From Octopus bimaculoides (taxonomy: Eukaryota): 64,000 nt of DNA. The notes under the pieces were generated by a model. That model saw only the letters and a program-made list of their open reading frames with translations. It searched no databases and was not told the DNA's origin. The position numbers were made by a program, and so were the translations under genes. Positions 52,301-61,535 of this stretch are shown one piece after another. The DNA lies in NCBI RefSeq assembly GCF_001194135.2, contig NC_068995.1, forward strand, positions 15,036,227 to 15,100,226, written 5' to 3'. Numbering within the stretch: the stretch's first letter is position 1; each line of letters starts with the position of its first letter.

Positions 52301-53081
52301 CCTTTCCCAAAATAAACAGTCATATCATTGAAATTACAAAGTTACAAAGTAATGCATGGTTTATCTTTTTACCATGATATGGAAGGCAGATGCTAAACGA
52401 TGATGGTGAAGATTTCTGCTGGAATACACTTTTATGTGGCACCACCATGAGTGTTTTACATCACCAGAAGGATCAGTCTTGACACTTCTGGTGGTGTACC
52501 AGTAATCTGAATGCTAAAAAGTTAATGCCATAACCACAAGAGATTCATGCAAACGAGAAGACTCCTTCATTAATAGTAGATGTTAATTACTTACTGAAAA
52601 GTGTAGATGTATTGGAAGCATTATTGAAACTGTTGTCATCAGTTAATTGTAAAGATTCTACCCGCCTAGCTTCAACAGTCTCTCTGTGAGAATTAACAAT
52701 GTTTTCTTCCATTTCTTCTTCTTCCTCCTCCTCCTCGTCATCTTGTTTCTTATATTGTTTGTTCTTCTTTTCAACATTATTACAATCTTCTGCAAAAATA
52801 ATCAAAATTATTTGATTTGACAATTACAAGAAAAAAAAAAAAAAAAAAAAAGGACTGAACCGGGAACCATGTGGTTGGGAAGTAACCTCCTCCTTACCGA
52901 GGAAGTAAAATATATACATAGTCAAATGAATGTGATATGGCCATATTTGAATACATGGAAGCGTAATATGTCTTTGAGCTGATCTACAGATGTAGAAGAA
53001 GAAGAAGACAAAATGGAACAGACCTTTGTAGTAGCCATAGTACTGCAAATGTTTTCTCATGAAGTTGTCATATGGATTGTC
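6825..53081 (-). CDS. AGBL2: Cytosolic carboxypeptidase 2/3 (AGBL2/AGBL3-like, M14D tubulin deglutamylase), multi-exon gene span; ATG exon not located
   Basis: 22 exons assembled by hand. Motifs: [18 protein letters not shown] (AGBL2 N-terminus), [62 protein letters not shown]. Best treated as an AGBL2/3 co-ortholog. Confidence 0.93.
7692..7823 (-). CDS. AGBL2: Probable AGBL exon, 5' part lost in the N-gap ([14 protein letters not shown]...HCRNHN)
   Basis: Only one frame is open from the gap edge to an AAT|gtaagt donor. Confidence 0.5.
8702..8844 (-). CDS. AGBL2: AGBL C-terminal-region exon [13 protein letters not shown]...RHTPL (phase 1 to 0)
   Basis: 143 nt, ctgtttag acceptor, TTG|gtaagc donor, phase compatible. 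Confidence 0.7.
10411..10616. mobile_element. Tc1/mariner-type MITE, 206 bp
   Basis: TIRs CAGGGTGG(T/C)CCAAAAGTAGGTTTACAGTTAT with TA on both sides. Confidence 0.9.
13032..13163 (-). CDS. AGBL2: AGBL C-terminal-region exon [10 protein letters not shown]...NALKS (phase 1 to 1)
   Basis: 132 nt open frame, strong polypyrimidine tract plus ttccag, A|gtaaat donor; no recalled homology. Confidence 0.7.
13600..14340 (-). mobile_element. Penelope-like element remnant (linker plus GIY-YIG endonuclease), frameshifted
   Basis: [14 protein letters not shown] linker, then NLIYCI..., (G)[29 protein letters not shown] and KAKEEY across frames. Confidence 0.75.
15013..15275 (+). mobile_element. SINE family C with tRNA head (copies 29414-29718 on +, about 1420-1680 on -)
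   Basis: A box TGGCCCAGTGG, B box GGTTT(T/C)GATTCCC, shared AAAACACCTAAAGCTCCACGAGG body. Confidence 0.85.
16505..16541 (-). CDS. AGBL2: AGBL small exon [12 protein letters not shown] (phase 0 to 1)
   Basis: 37 nt, very long polypyrimidine tract plus tttcag, G|gtatat donor; supplies the phase change needed between its neighbours. Confidence 0.72.
17100..17990 (-). mobile_element. Two RTE-LINE 3' ORF remnants (others near 5620-5950, 15840-15960, 31560-31830, 32300-32560, 42640-42880)
   Basis: [31 protein letters not shown]..., [14 protein letters not shown] motifs. Confidence 0.8.
18537..18746. mobile_element. piggyBac-type MITE (TTAA TSD, CCCTTTAGC TIR); related copies near 12760-12975, 14500-14700, 25500-25640, 38470-38695, 40945-41160, 50690-51175, 51345-51545
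   Basis: TTAA|CCCTTTAGC...GCTAAAGGG|TTAA; nested in a mariner-derived MITE. Confidence 0.85.
18870..18933 (-). CDS. AGBL2: AGBL exon [21 protein letters not shown] (phase 2 to 0)
   Basis: Matches recalled S.GSDSS.SDGLP.HL; ttttccag acceptor, AAG|gtaact donor. Confidence 0.88.
19686..19945 (-). CDS. AGBL2: AGBL exon (Q)[16 protein letters not shown]...poly-E/D tract...KLFES(S) (phase 0 to 2)
   Basis: CL.ELK..L..E matches the AGBL2 post-catalytic helix; tandem TAG/CAG acceptor; AG|gtattc donor in phase with the next exon. Confidence 0.85.
20549..20674 (-). CDS. AGBL2: AGBL exon [42 protein letters not shown] (phase 0 to 0)
   Basis: CGST.G..RG.HF.T.D.E..G...C/H..LLDY pattern; CAG|gtaaaa donor. 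Confidence 0.93.
20741..21621 (-). mobile_element. Internally deleted mariner transposon with both TIRs
   Basis: TIRs GAG(G/C)TGGTATCAAAA(A/G)GTTCC at both ends; decayed YSPDL.P...HLFPKLK and [17 protein letters not shown]. Confidence 0.85.
21713..22112 (-). mobile_element. tRNA-derived SINE family A (about 400 bp, internal TA/CA microsatellite); copies about 9096-9510, 35888-36352, 37300-37780, 38010-38408, 59890-60235
   Basis: Head GGCGCAGGAGTGGCTGTGTGG (A box), GGTTTAGTCCC/GGTTCAGTCCC (B-box-like), GGGCAAGTGTCTTCTAC core; many near-identical copies. Confidence 0.9.
22175..22375 (-). mobile_element. Mariner transposase N-terminal (HTH) fragment
   Basis: [35 protein letters not shown]; shares sequence with 45225-45265. 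Confidence 0.8.
22905..23006 (-). CDS. AGBL2: AGBL exon [34 protein letters not shown] (ends on the catalytic Glu)
   Basis: Matches recalled [34 protein letters not shown]; ttgcag acceptor; donor read as GAG|gctagt (GC). Confidence 0.9.
25673..25842 (-). CDS. AGBL2: AGBL exon [37 protein letters not shown]...VK (phase 0 to 2)
   Basis: NPDG, GNYR and DLNR (NR motif) intact; canonical splice sites. Confidence 0.96.
26327..26960. mobile_element. Mariner remnant with an internally inverted segment
   Basis: TIR GGTCTGATCAATAAATATCCGGAC and [18 protein letters not shown] on +; HTH segment [17 protein letters not shown] on the minus strand. Confidence 0.75.
27085..27340 (+). repeat. Tandem array of about 58-bp units upstream of the RTE-type tail (related arrays 23975-24400, 16785-16960, 15700-15830, 34660-34840)
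   Basis: Repeated GCCAGTACC.CCTGACTGG...GTGCC.GTGGCAC.TAAAAAGCACC unit. Confidence 0.8.
28683..28793 (-). CDS. AGBL2: AGBL exon [27 protein letters not shown]...SK (Zn ligands H and E)
   Basis: RVHPGE motif; 111 nt; long polypyrimidine acceptor. Confidence 0.96.
30218..30355 (-). CDS. AGBL2: AGBL exon [38 protein letters not shown]...Q (phase 0 to 0)
   Basis: LC.TLAGN..Y.LTIT motif; CAG|gtgagt donor. Confidence 0.95.
30775..31496 (+). mobile_element. 5'-truncated R4/Dong-clade non-LTR retrotransposon (restriction-like endonuclease domain plus 3'UTR) in (TAA)n
   Basis: RPDIVVKE...[26 protein letters not shown]...PIIVGALG; (AAT)n on both flanks. Confidence 0.85.
32060..32290 (+). repeat. RTE-type 3' tail repeat ending in (GAT)n; dozens of copies on both strands (e.g. 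26146-26302, 27330-27486, 43340-43490, 55205-55352)
   Basis: GGAGTGGTTGGCGTTAGGAAGGGCATCCAGCTGTAGAAAC...CCAACCCATGCTAGCATGGAAAGCGGACGTTAAA(GAT)n. Confidence 0.88.
33640..33760. repeat. (AATAT/AGTAT)n pentamer microsatellite
   Basis: Direct reading of the sequence. Confidence 0.85.
33794..33914 (-). CDS. AGBL2: AGBL exon [40 protein letters not shown] (phase 2 to 0)
   Basis: YSLTWTF.FP and YFAH.YPYTY motifs; canonical splice sites. Confidence 0.95.
35567..35694 (-). CDS. AGBL2: AGBL exon [17 protein letters not shown]...[16 protein letters not shown] (phase 0 to 2)
   Basis: SLY..GM.PL.YSE and GWQRIG motifs; ttgcag acceptor, gtaagt donor. Confidence 0.95.
36700..37090. repeat. Degenerate pentamer repeat (TGAAT/AATTA) with a local duplication of about 190 bp
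   Basis: Visible GAATTGAATTAAATT iterations; 36560-36760 resembles 36765-36910. Confidence 0.8.
38799..38931 (-). CDS. AGBL2: AGBL exon [44 protein letters not shown] (phase 2 to 0)
   Basis: HTQWFYF and YRFTIVN motifs; ttctttcag acceptor, AAG|gtaaag donor. Confidence 0.95.
39060..39400. repeat. Degenerate (CAT/CAC/CAG)n trinucleotide low-complexity tract
   Basis: Direct reading; explains the His-rich and Val-rich spurious ORFs. Confidence 0.85.
41344..41471 (-). CDS. AGBL2: AGBL exon ALPCD...[18 protein letters not shown](V) (phase 0 to 2)
   Basis: [10 protein letters not shown] hallmark, GT|gtgagt donor; the 5' boundary (taaag acceptor) is less certain. Confidence 0.9.
41581..41676 (-). 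CDS. Candidate symmetric cassette exon of AGBL ([32 protein letters not shown])
   Basis: tatagctag acceptor, 96 nt open frame, GAT|gtatca donor, phase 0-0 between two phase-0 junctions; homology does not require it. Confidence 0.35.
44148..44233 (-). CDS. AGBL2: AGBL exon [29 protein letters not shown] (phase 1 to 0)
   Basis: poly-T gcag acceptor, C|gtaagt donor; TGLE motif as in AGBL3. Confidence 0.88.
44283..45265 (-). mobile_element. Mariner transposase remnant
   Basis: [30 protein letters not shown]; TA-TTAGGTCATTCCATAAG terminus. Confidence 0.88.
45390..45435 (+). ncRNA. Minimal type I hammerhead ribozyme motif (Penelope-like-element type)
   Basis: CTGATGA (45395-45401), extra A, stem II AGCTG/CAGCT, GAAA (45423-45426), C-GTT with an AACGTT palindrome, imperfect stem I GACGC/ATGTT. 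Confidence 0.65.
45526..45608 (-). CDS. AGBL2: AGBL exon (W)[27 protein letters not shown] (phase 2 to 1)
   Basis: Completes RWP and carries PEPFY; ttccgcag acceptor, A|gtaaga donor. Confidence 0.88.
46249..46322 (-). CDS. AGBL2: AGBL exon [24 protein letters not shown](W) (phase 0 to 2)
   Basis: Matches recalled PRLREPRDL...RW; ctcgacag acceptor, TG|gtcagt donor. Confidence 0.88.
48372..48588. mobile_element. Mariner-derived MITE (related copies about 18240-18491 and 18506-18830)
   Basis: TA|CAAGGGGGTGCTGAA...TTCAGCACACCCTTG|TA. Confidence 0.85.
49380..49444 (-). CDS. AGBL2: AGBL exon [22 protein letters not shown] (phase 1 to 0)
   Basis: Polypyrimidine tract plus tttacag acceptor, ATG|gtcagg donor; TTQLI matches the TTQ(L/I) motif of AGBL2/3. 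Confidence 0.8.
50023..50228 (+). mobile_element. SINE family B (GGCGGTGAGCTGGCAGAA head); copies about 6427-6640, 9540-9950, 23700-23910(-), 29000-29345(-), 50300-50680(-), 54155-54358(-)
   Basis: Recurring GAGTTCAAATTC (B-box-like) and CCTTTCATCCTTTCGGGGTCGATAAA core. Confidence 0.88.
52595..52789 (-). CDS. AGBL2: AGBL exon EDCNNVEKK...[13 protein letters not shown]...TSTLF (phase 1 to 1)
   Basis: 195 nt open frame, tttttgcag acceptor, A|gtaagt donor, phase fits both neighbours. Confidence 0.82.
53024..53081 (-). CDS. AGBL2: AGBL exon [19 protein letters not shown] (phase 0 to 1)
   Basis: ttttttag acceptor, G|gtctgt donor; matches recalled AGBL2 DPYEDFMYRHLQYYGYFK. Confidence 0.88.
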
Positions 53082-54589
53082 CTAAAAAACAGAAAGTGTA
53101 TAATTTTCAACATCGTTAATTTAAACTAGTCTCATATTTTAAGAGCAGAGATCAATTAAAAATGCATACGTGTGTGGAAGCATGTGGCTTAGTGGTTAGG
53201 GTGTTGGACTCATGATTGTAAGATTGTGGTTTTGATTCCAGGACTGGGTGACACATATTGCTCTTGGGCAAAATACTTCATTTCGTATTGCTCAGGTCCA
53301 CTCAGCTGGCAAAAATGAGTAATCCTGCGACAGACAGGTGTCCCGTCCAGGAGGGGAATACATACGCCATGAAAGAGAAACCAGCCCTTATGAGTCGGTA
53401 TGATCCAAGAAGGAAACTTTACTTTTACCTTTATATGTGTGTGAGTGTGTCTATTTATGTGTTTGGCCAGACTCAAGATAGGTCAATGCTGTGCTGATGA
53501 TGACCATTGAGGTAGAAACACATCTTTTATCCTTTGCTTGTTTCAGTCATTAGACTGCAGCCATGCTGGAGTACCACACTGAAGAATTTTAGTGGAATGA
53601 ATCGACCCCAATACCTATCATTTTTTTGTAAAGCTTGGTGCTTATTCTATCAGTCTTCTTTTGCCAATAGAACACATCTTCAGAGCAGTCAACTTGTCTC
53701 TGGAGAAAACCAAATTTTCTTTTCCAATTGTCTAACTGCAGCCAGTGTGGTCACACTCGGTTGAAGACAAGAGTTTACATTTACCAATAATCTCATGTCT
53801 TTTATGAACTGTATTGCTGTTGGCACTATTAGCTTGCAGTCTGTATGTTGCTGCTCATTTGCTTCTGTTGCTTTCAAGACATCCTTGCACTTTGTAGGAT
53901 AGGATGTTGCAACTGGGGACTATCTTTTCTGTAAAATTATTGATGGAAACCTTTATGAATTTGTTTTGCAAGATTCATGATGTGGAATCATGTGTTGAAA
54001 CAGACATTGTTATATTTCAAGATAGTTATTTTTTTTTTCTTTTTTGCCAAATAAACACATGCCCTATGTATTTATTCTCATTATATCTTATGTCCATTGT
54101 CTGGAAATCTAGATGTCCAGACAGAAGACATAAGATAAGATAAGAACAATAATCTTTTCTACTCTAGGCACAAGCACTGAAATTTTTGGGGAGGTGGGGG
54201 GCCAATCGATTAGATCGACCCCAGTACACAACTAGTACTTAATTTATCGACCCTGAAAGGATGAAAGGCAAAGTTGACCTCGGTGGAATTTGAACTCAGA
54301 AGAAATACTCCTAAGTATTTCGCTTGGCGTGCTTATGTTTCTGCCAGTTCGCTGCCTTAGAAGATAAGAACAATAATAAATGAGTGAAGAACGAATATAT
54401 AGTGCATGTGTTTATTTGGTAAGGGAAAAAACAAAATTACCAGCCTGAAATACAACAATATTAATGGAAACTTTATTAATCAAAAAGCAATTGTAAGTAA
54501 AAGAAGAAATTGAAGAAATGCTATTTCAAATACAGTTGCAATTGTATAATAAAGGAAAGATGCAAATGATATGCAAATATGAGCTCCAA

Positions 54590-55110
54590 ATGTGAAATTT
54601 GAATGATAATAGATATAGAAAATGTAAATGAGGAAGAGAAAGGGAGAGAATAGGAGATAACGAGAGGAGGAGAGGTAGAAAGAATGGGAGAGAAAGGGAA
54701 GTCAAAAACAGTAGCGGGGGAGTGGAAAGAATTAAGAAATAGTAGTAGAATGAGAGGGAGAGAGAGAGTGGCAGTAAAAGAAATTAAAATTACTAAAGTA
54801 AAAATAAAGTAAAGAAGAGCCGACAACAGTGGAAGCAGAAAAGCTTTCTATGAAGAGTGGGAAAAGGTAAAGAAGCACAAGATAGTAGAAGAGAGAGAGA
54901 GAGAGAGGAAGAGAGATAGGAGAAGAACTGACCATTAAAATAAGAGAAACAGTGAAGCAAAGAAGAGAAAGAGAAAAGTAAGCAGAGAAATGGAAGAGAC
55001 GTTTGAATAGCATTGGAGAAAGAGAGGAAGATCAGTTAGTAAAAAAAAGGAGTTTAAGGAAAAAGAAAGAGAGAAAGAAAGGTAGAAGGAAGGAAATTAT
55101 GAAACGAAAC
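54590..55110. repeat. Purine-rich (GA) low-complexity tract; similar tracts at 41930-42330 (+) and 32570-33010 (pyrimidine on +)
   Basis: Strong strand purine bias. Confidence 0.75.
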
Positions 55111-56049
55111 AGAAAGAGTGACAGTGCAATTGATTAGGGAGAAAAATAGGTGTCATACTCAATGACTGGCGGGGCAGTCTCATCATCAACTGCTGTAAAT
55201 CATTGTCATCATCATTTAACGTCCGCTTTCCATGCTAGCATGGGTTGGACGATTTGACTGAGGACTGGTGAAACCGGATGGCAACACCAGGCTCCAATCT
55301 GATTTGGCACAGTTTCTACAGCTGGATGCCCTTCCTAACGCCAACCACTCAGAGAAGGAAATAGAAATACTCAAGAACAGGCATGGGCTTCATTTTCTGA
55401 GAAGAAGCTGCATGAGACATGGTTCATCATCAGGTAGGCTCCACTACTAAAGAAACTGAAGATAATTTTTCATTAGGCATGCCATTCAGTATGTCCTGTG
55501 AGCTGCAGTTTGTCCGTGACTGATCTACAAAGAACCGACTATAGAATTATCAACCTGATTGATCAAGTTACGAAAGTAACATAAAGAGTTATAAACACAA
55601 TTAGTAAGGAAGATGATTAGTTTAGATGAGATGCAATCTGGGTCTGTCTCAGGGCAAAGTACCACTTATGCTCTCATCCCAGTGAGACAGCTACAGAAGA
55701 AGAATGTTAGGTATAGAGACTCTCTCTCTTTGCTAAGAGCTGCAGTGGAAATTCTAGCAGAGAGTAAGCCACTATGTTGAGCATTCATACACACAAAGAA
55801 AGGTTTTGATGGTGTATCACACCCTGTACCCTGGGAGTAACTGGGTAAAATAGGTATAAATGAATGGCTTAGAAAATGTATGTACAGGTGCAGACATGGC
55901 TGTGTGATAAGAAGCTTGCTTACCAACCACATGGTTCCGGGTTCAGCCCCACTGCATGGCACCTTGGGCAAGTGGCTTCTACTATAGCCTTGGGCTGACC
56001 AAAGCCTTGTGAGTGGATTTGGTAGACAGAAACTGAAAAGAAGCCTGTC

Positions 56050-56081
<32 letters not shown>

Positions 56082-56821
56082 GATGGGTTTCTTTCAGTTT
56101 CTGTCGACCAAATCCACTCACAAAGGTTTTGGTCAGTCCAAGGCTATAGTAGAAGACACTTGCCCAAGGTGTCATGCAGTGGGACTGAACCTGGAACCAT
56201 GTGGTTGGAAAGCAAGGTTCTTATCACACAGCCACACCTGCACCTGTAACTATGGATATGTAATAAAGCTGGTGGGTGATAAGGGGAGAGAAAGGTGTTA
56301 AGTGATCCCAAGTAGAAGGAACTGGTAGAAAAAGGAAAACCAAGGAGGATATGGAGGGGGGGGGGAACAAAGGCGACAAGTGGTGAGACACACTGAGCAG
56401 GAGGAGGCTTGTGTATACTATGTAAGCATGGAAAAAGTGGATGATAATGATAACAATGATTGTGGTGGTAGTGGTGGTGACTGCAGTAGTGATGATGATG
56501 ATAATGGTGATGATATTGTTGATGAGGGTTTATACTGAAGATGAGAATGATGTTTATGGAGGTGGTGGTGGTGATGATGATGATCTAACTTTTGATAATG
56601 TTCATAACAATACTCACTGAATGTATAATGGATACATTTGTCATATCCATTGACATCTCGAATTCAGTGCTTGATGGAGCTGGTTGAAAAAAGGAAGAAG
56701 AAAATTTATGTATAGATAAATAGAAACATCATTATTTGTAAATCTCTCAAAGAGAGAGATATTCAGTAACAATTCTTTAAAGTAAAGACTATTTGCCAAC
56801 ATAATGTGGCTGTCCTGAAAA

Positions 56822-57059
56822 GGATGGTTGTTACTGTCGTTTAGCCTTAGGAAACATCATTTCCAGCTGGCTATACGGCACAATATCTGTGTCCTTATGT
56901 TTTCGGAAAGGGAGTCCAGCACTCCCATCCAGCTCAAAGAAACTGGTCCACAGATGTTGCTTTGTGCTGGATGGGAGTGCTTTTCGAAAATATAAGAACA
57001 CAGATATTAGCCAACTGGAAACGCTGTTTCCTAGGGCTAAACAACAGTAACAATCATCC
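56822..57059. repeat. Foldback element with about 100-bp imperfect arms
   Basis: GGATG(G/A)TTGTTACTGT(C/T)GTTTAGCC(T/C)TAGGAAACA...AGCACTCCCATCCAGC(T/A)CAAAG is present in both orientations. Confidence 0.75.
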
Positions 57060-60000
57060 CTTCCATATTCCGTTAGCAAATAGTCTTTACTTATGTGCAA
57101 GCGTATACTCTTTTACTTGGTTCAGTCATTTGACTGCGGCCATGCTGGAGCACCACCTTTAGTCGAGCAAATCGACCCTAGGACTTATTCTTTGTAAGTC
57201 TAGTACTTATTCTATCGGTCTCTGATGCTTTATTTATTGACCCCTGAGAGGAAAAATCAAAAAGATTTGGGGACATTTGAACTTGGAGTTCAGAGATGCA
57301 GAACAAACACCAAAGGCATTTTACCGAATGCCCTAACAATGCTGCCAACTCACCACCTTATTTTTTTTTATTATGCCAGATATAAAGAAAACATTGCAAG
57401 TGATGGATGTCATTCATCTCAACTGATTGACACGCTAACAGGCTCTGAGGTAAGAAAGGTGCCTCTATGTGGTCGCTTGACCTGCTAGAAACAGCAGCCA
57501 AATTTCTCTCCCATCACAACCTGCTGTTTTCAAAAAGGAAAAGGAACAACATATCGTAGTAGTACCTGACATACAAAAATGTTGAGATGTCATGAACCTA
57601 ACACTGTTGATCATAGGTCTGCTTGATCAAGACTGAATAGCAACAACAACAACAACAGCAGCAACAATAACAACATGTTCTGGAATATGCATCCAGTGCT
57701 TTGATGTCAAAGTAAAGTAGTGAAGATATTGATTCTAAGATTATAAGCTGACACAGCTTCATCAGCCTTGTGTTTGTGTTGTTTAGTATAGCCAATCTAT
57801 ACTACACTGAATGATTCAGCTTTCCCAGTCAAAAACATGAACCGCATTAGCTTCTTACATGTAGTTGTTTAGCCCTAGGTCAACCCTGATCTAACTGACT
57901 TATGAGAAAAGGAGAACAAGCCATGACCATCCAATCTTTTTAGGAAGATCTTGGACTATATTAACCAATATGTCCTTCACTTTTTTAAGATGGTGGTGGT
58001 AGCGGAAAGATTTGTCTGCTCTTTCTAGCATATGGACAAACCACACAGAGGTTCTTACAGTCTTGTCTTTACATGATTTTATGCGTTGGTAGGTAAAATG
58101 AATATAACATGAATAAAATAAAATATGTTAGTGGCATGTAAAAAGCACCCAGCACACTCTGTTAAGTGGTTGGCGTTAGGAAGGGTATCCAGCCGTAGAA
58201 AGTTGGAGTCTAGACAGCTCCCTGCTAGCCAGTTCCATGTCAAACTGTGTAACCCATGCCAGCATGGAATGTGGATGTTAAATGATGATGATGATGATGA
58301 TGATGATGAGGCTACAGTAAATTTTGTCACACTTGCTATTTGAGTATCTCCTAATGTTTGAAAGGCTTTTAAGAACCATAACTTGACTGTCATCATCATT
58401 TAATGTCTGTTTTCCATGCTGGCATGGGTTGGATGGTTTGCCTGAGGTCTGGAAAGCCAGCGGCTGCACCAGGCTCCAATCTGATCTGGCAATGTTTCTA
58501 CAGCTGGATGTCCTTCTTAATGCCAACCACTCTGAGAGTGTAGTGAGTGCTTTTTATGTGCCACTGGCACAGAAGCCAGTCAGGAGGCCCTGGCATCGAT
58601 CATGTTCGGATAGTGATAGATGTCAGGGCTGCCTGACTGGCTCCTGTGCAAGTGGCACATAAAAAGCACCCACTATACTCTCAGAATGGTTAGGGTTTAT
58701 AATATCAGACAGATAAGAAACGAATTTACATCTGGATAAAATGCCAGGCTATCTTAGATAATTTGGAAGCTATTCCTGGTAGCTAGGTGAACTAAGGTCT
58801 AAAACGTAGAAGAACTATGCAGAATACTAAGACACATGACCTGCATGAAAACCAAACGGTAACATCAATGTTAAAAGTATCAACAACAACCAGGTCAACC
58901 TCAAGTCATATCCTGTTGTCATGTAAAGAGAACAAATACATTAGATAATAATACTCTACTATGAAGGTACATGGCTTAGTGGTTAGGGTGTTACACTTAC
59001 AATTTCCAGATCATAGGTTTGATTCCAGGATAGGGTGGTGTGTTGGTTCTTGAGTAAAAAACTTCATTTCTCATGTTCTAGTGCTGTGTGGGGACTGGCA
59101 TACCAAAGAATTGACCCAACATTTCTTCTGTATGTCATAAAAGAAGTTGAAGTAGGATTTGTGCACAACCCTCACCGACAATGAATACCCAAACAGACCC
59201 ACGGGTTGGAGGGTTGTCGCCTGTGTAGTGCAAAAAGCATCGTCCACCAGGAATAGGGAATCACAAACAAATAAATGGTGGATGCAGTGACACACTGTTA
59301 CAGCACACACCTTCATATTACTACTCCTACTACTACTACTATAGTGTATCCACCACTTCAGTGCTGGGTCTACTTGTTTGCATTTCCTCCATCATTTTAC
59401 ATGAGCCATGACCTCTTCAGAGCACACATTGATGGTTAAGCTGTCCAGTTACTACTTCTTTGGTCTTCCACTGTGTCATTTGCATTCCTGGTTCAGCCAG
59501 AGAGCAGTTATAGTCACAGATACTCTTCCCGGAGAATTTGGGGTCGTACCAATGCAGTAGAGCTTCTTGCATGTCACCTGGGACCAGGGCAACACTATGT
59601 TTTCTGCATGTCTTTGCTCATGACATATGACAATGTGTATTCTGCATGTCATAAGAAACAACTACGAGGGTTGGTATTAAGAAGGACAATAACTAGCCAT
59701 AAAACACTGCCTCGAAAATGACTGTTTAAGCCATGTCAGCATGGAAAGGTGGACATTAAAATGATGAACATATTTATGACATGGTTGGAGCCAACAGTCC
59801 AATGAAATAGAAACATTTCTATGCAATGTAAAGCTCACTCATGTTACTTTGTCATTGGCAAGAATTCAGTCTGATATAATGCTATTACTCTTACTCTTTT
59901 ACTCGTTTCAGTCATTTGACTGCGGCCATGCTGGAGCACCGCCTTTTATTCTTTGTAAGCCTAGTACTTATTCTATCAGTCTCTATTTTGCTGAACTGCT

Positions 60001-60657
60001 AAGTTATGGGGACGTAAACACACCAGCATCGGTTGTCAAGCGATGGTGGGGGGACAAACACACATATATACGACGGGCTTCTTTGAGTTTCTGTCTACCA
60101 AATCCACTCACAAGGCTTTGGTCGGCCCGAGGCTATAGTAGAAGACACTTGCCCAAGGTGCCATGCAATGGGACTGAATCCGGAACCATGTGGTTGGTAA
60201 GCAAGCTACTTACCACACAGCCACTCCTGTGCCTATTGGTCAGTGTTTTTTTTCTCTTCACTATGGGTATAACCTTAATTCAAATATTTTAGCATATAGC
60301 ATTATTTAGATTAACTACTTGTTCTTCATTCAGAAGGAAACCCTGGATAATTTCCCTCGATCATTCTTTTCAACTGCCATGCATGTCTGCATTTTCTCAC
60401 TACAAATCTTTATATCTCTCAGAATGGACCCAAACTGTTTTCCTAAGGAGATTTGATAAGACTGAGAGATGTCTGACTAATTCATGCCTCCATTAAATTT
60501 TAAGTAATCTTGTTCGAATTCATCTTACTGCAGTTTCAGAGACTCTATAGGTGCCACCCCCACTACCCTGGCCATTGAAATAATTAAAACAATTGTCTCT
60601 AATTTAGACATAAAGTAATTTTTATCAGTAATTTTAAGAGAGGTAATCAATTATGGT

Positions 60658-60852
60658 ACTACTAAAGCAGCGCGGACCCGAACGCGCAGTCGCGCGTCCG
60701 CGCTAGCTAGTCGTGAGTGGTCGATCCTAACCTTAACCCTAAACACGTATTCATTTGCACACGCGGGTTAGGGTTAGGGTTAGGATTGCCCACTCAATAC
60801 TAGCTAGCGCGGACGCGCGACTGCGCGTTCGGGTCCGCGCTGCTTTAGTAGT
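60658..60852. mobile_element. CpG-rich foldback MITE with 54-bp perfect TIRs and internal telomere-type repeats
   Basis: 60658-60711 is the exact reverse complement of 60799-60852; CCTAA-type repeats on the left, (GGGTTA)3GG at 60765-60784. Confidence 0.85.
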
Positions 60853-61513
60853 NNNNNNNNNNAGTACATGACTGATACTTTACTTTTATTGATTCCGAAA
60901 GGATGAAATGCAAAGGTGATCTGGGCAGGACTTGAACTCAAAACGGAAAGCCGTGACTAAATACCGCAAGACATTTTTCATTAATCAACCTTCTAAATGT
61001 TTTAACGTCATTAAGGAGTTTATACTGACCGTTCTTTGCAAACCTCTATATTCTCAAATTCATTATTTCAATCTTCGACTGCGTCGAGTCTTTCTCTTTC
61101 TACAATCTAAATTCAAATTCCAGCCTGAGAAATAATTTTCAGGAATTTACTGTGGCGGTGCAATTTACTTATAGTCTACACATATATCAATAATGTATTA
61201 TTGTTTTAAAAGGCAAACTCGCTTCTAAACATGATACAATTATTTCAGTTTCAACACACGAGCTCAGCTCAAAATCCCTTGTCAAACAAGTACAACCACG
61301 AAACTTTCACTCACAACATTAATTAAAAGGAATATTTCTTCATAAAGTTAAGATATATAAAAATGTGGAATAATTAAAAAAAGAAACAACAACGAATAAT
61401 AATGAAAAGACCATTCGATCTTCCAAACTAAAACTATACAAAATAATGTTTATCAAGGCACAAACCTTTGAAAGTATGTTAATTTGAGAATTCAAGAGTC
61501 CCGGGTTAAAAAC

Positions 61514-61535
61514 GTCACCAACAACGCGTTGCTAG
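61514..61535. promoter_or_regulatory. Candidate RFX X-box-like elements
   Basis: GTCACCAACAAC (61514-61525) and the half-site GTTGCTAG (61528-61535) in a CpG-rich stretch upstream of a cilia-associated gene. Confidence 0.3.

Noticed and set aside
53494-53525. Hammerhead-like CTGATGA...GAAAC
   Set aside because: Stem II is imperfect and no stem I can form; at most a dead relic.
57741-57765. Minus-strand CTGATGA followed by an AGCTG/CAGCT hairpin
   Set aside because: No GAAA after the stem.
61030-61110. Candidate AGBL start or 5' exon
   Set aside because: All frames hit stop codons before a usable phase-0 donor.
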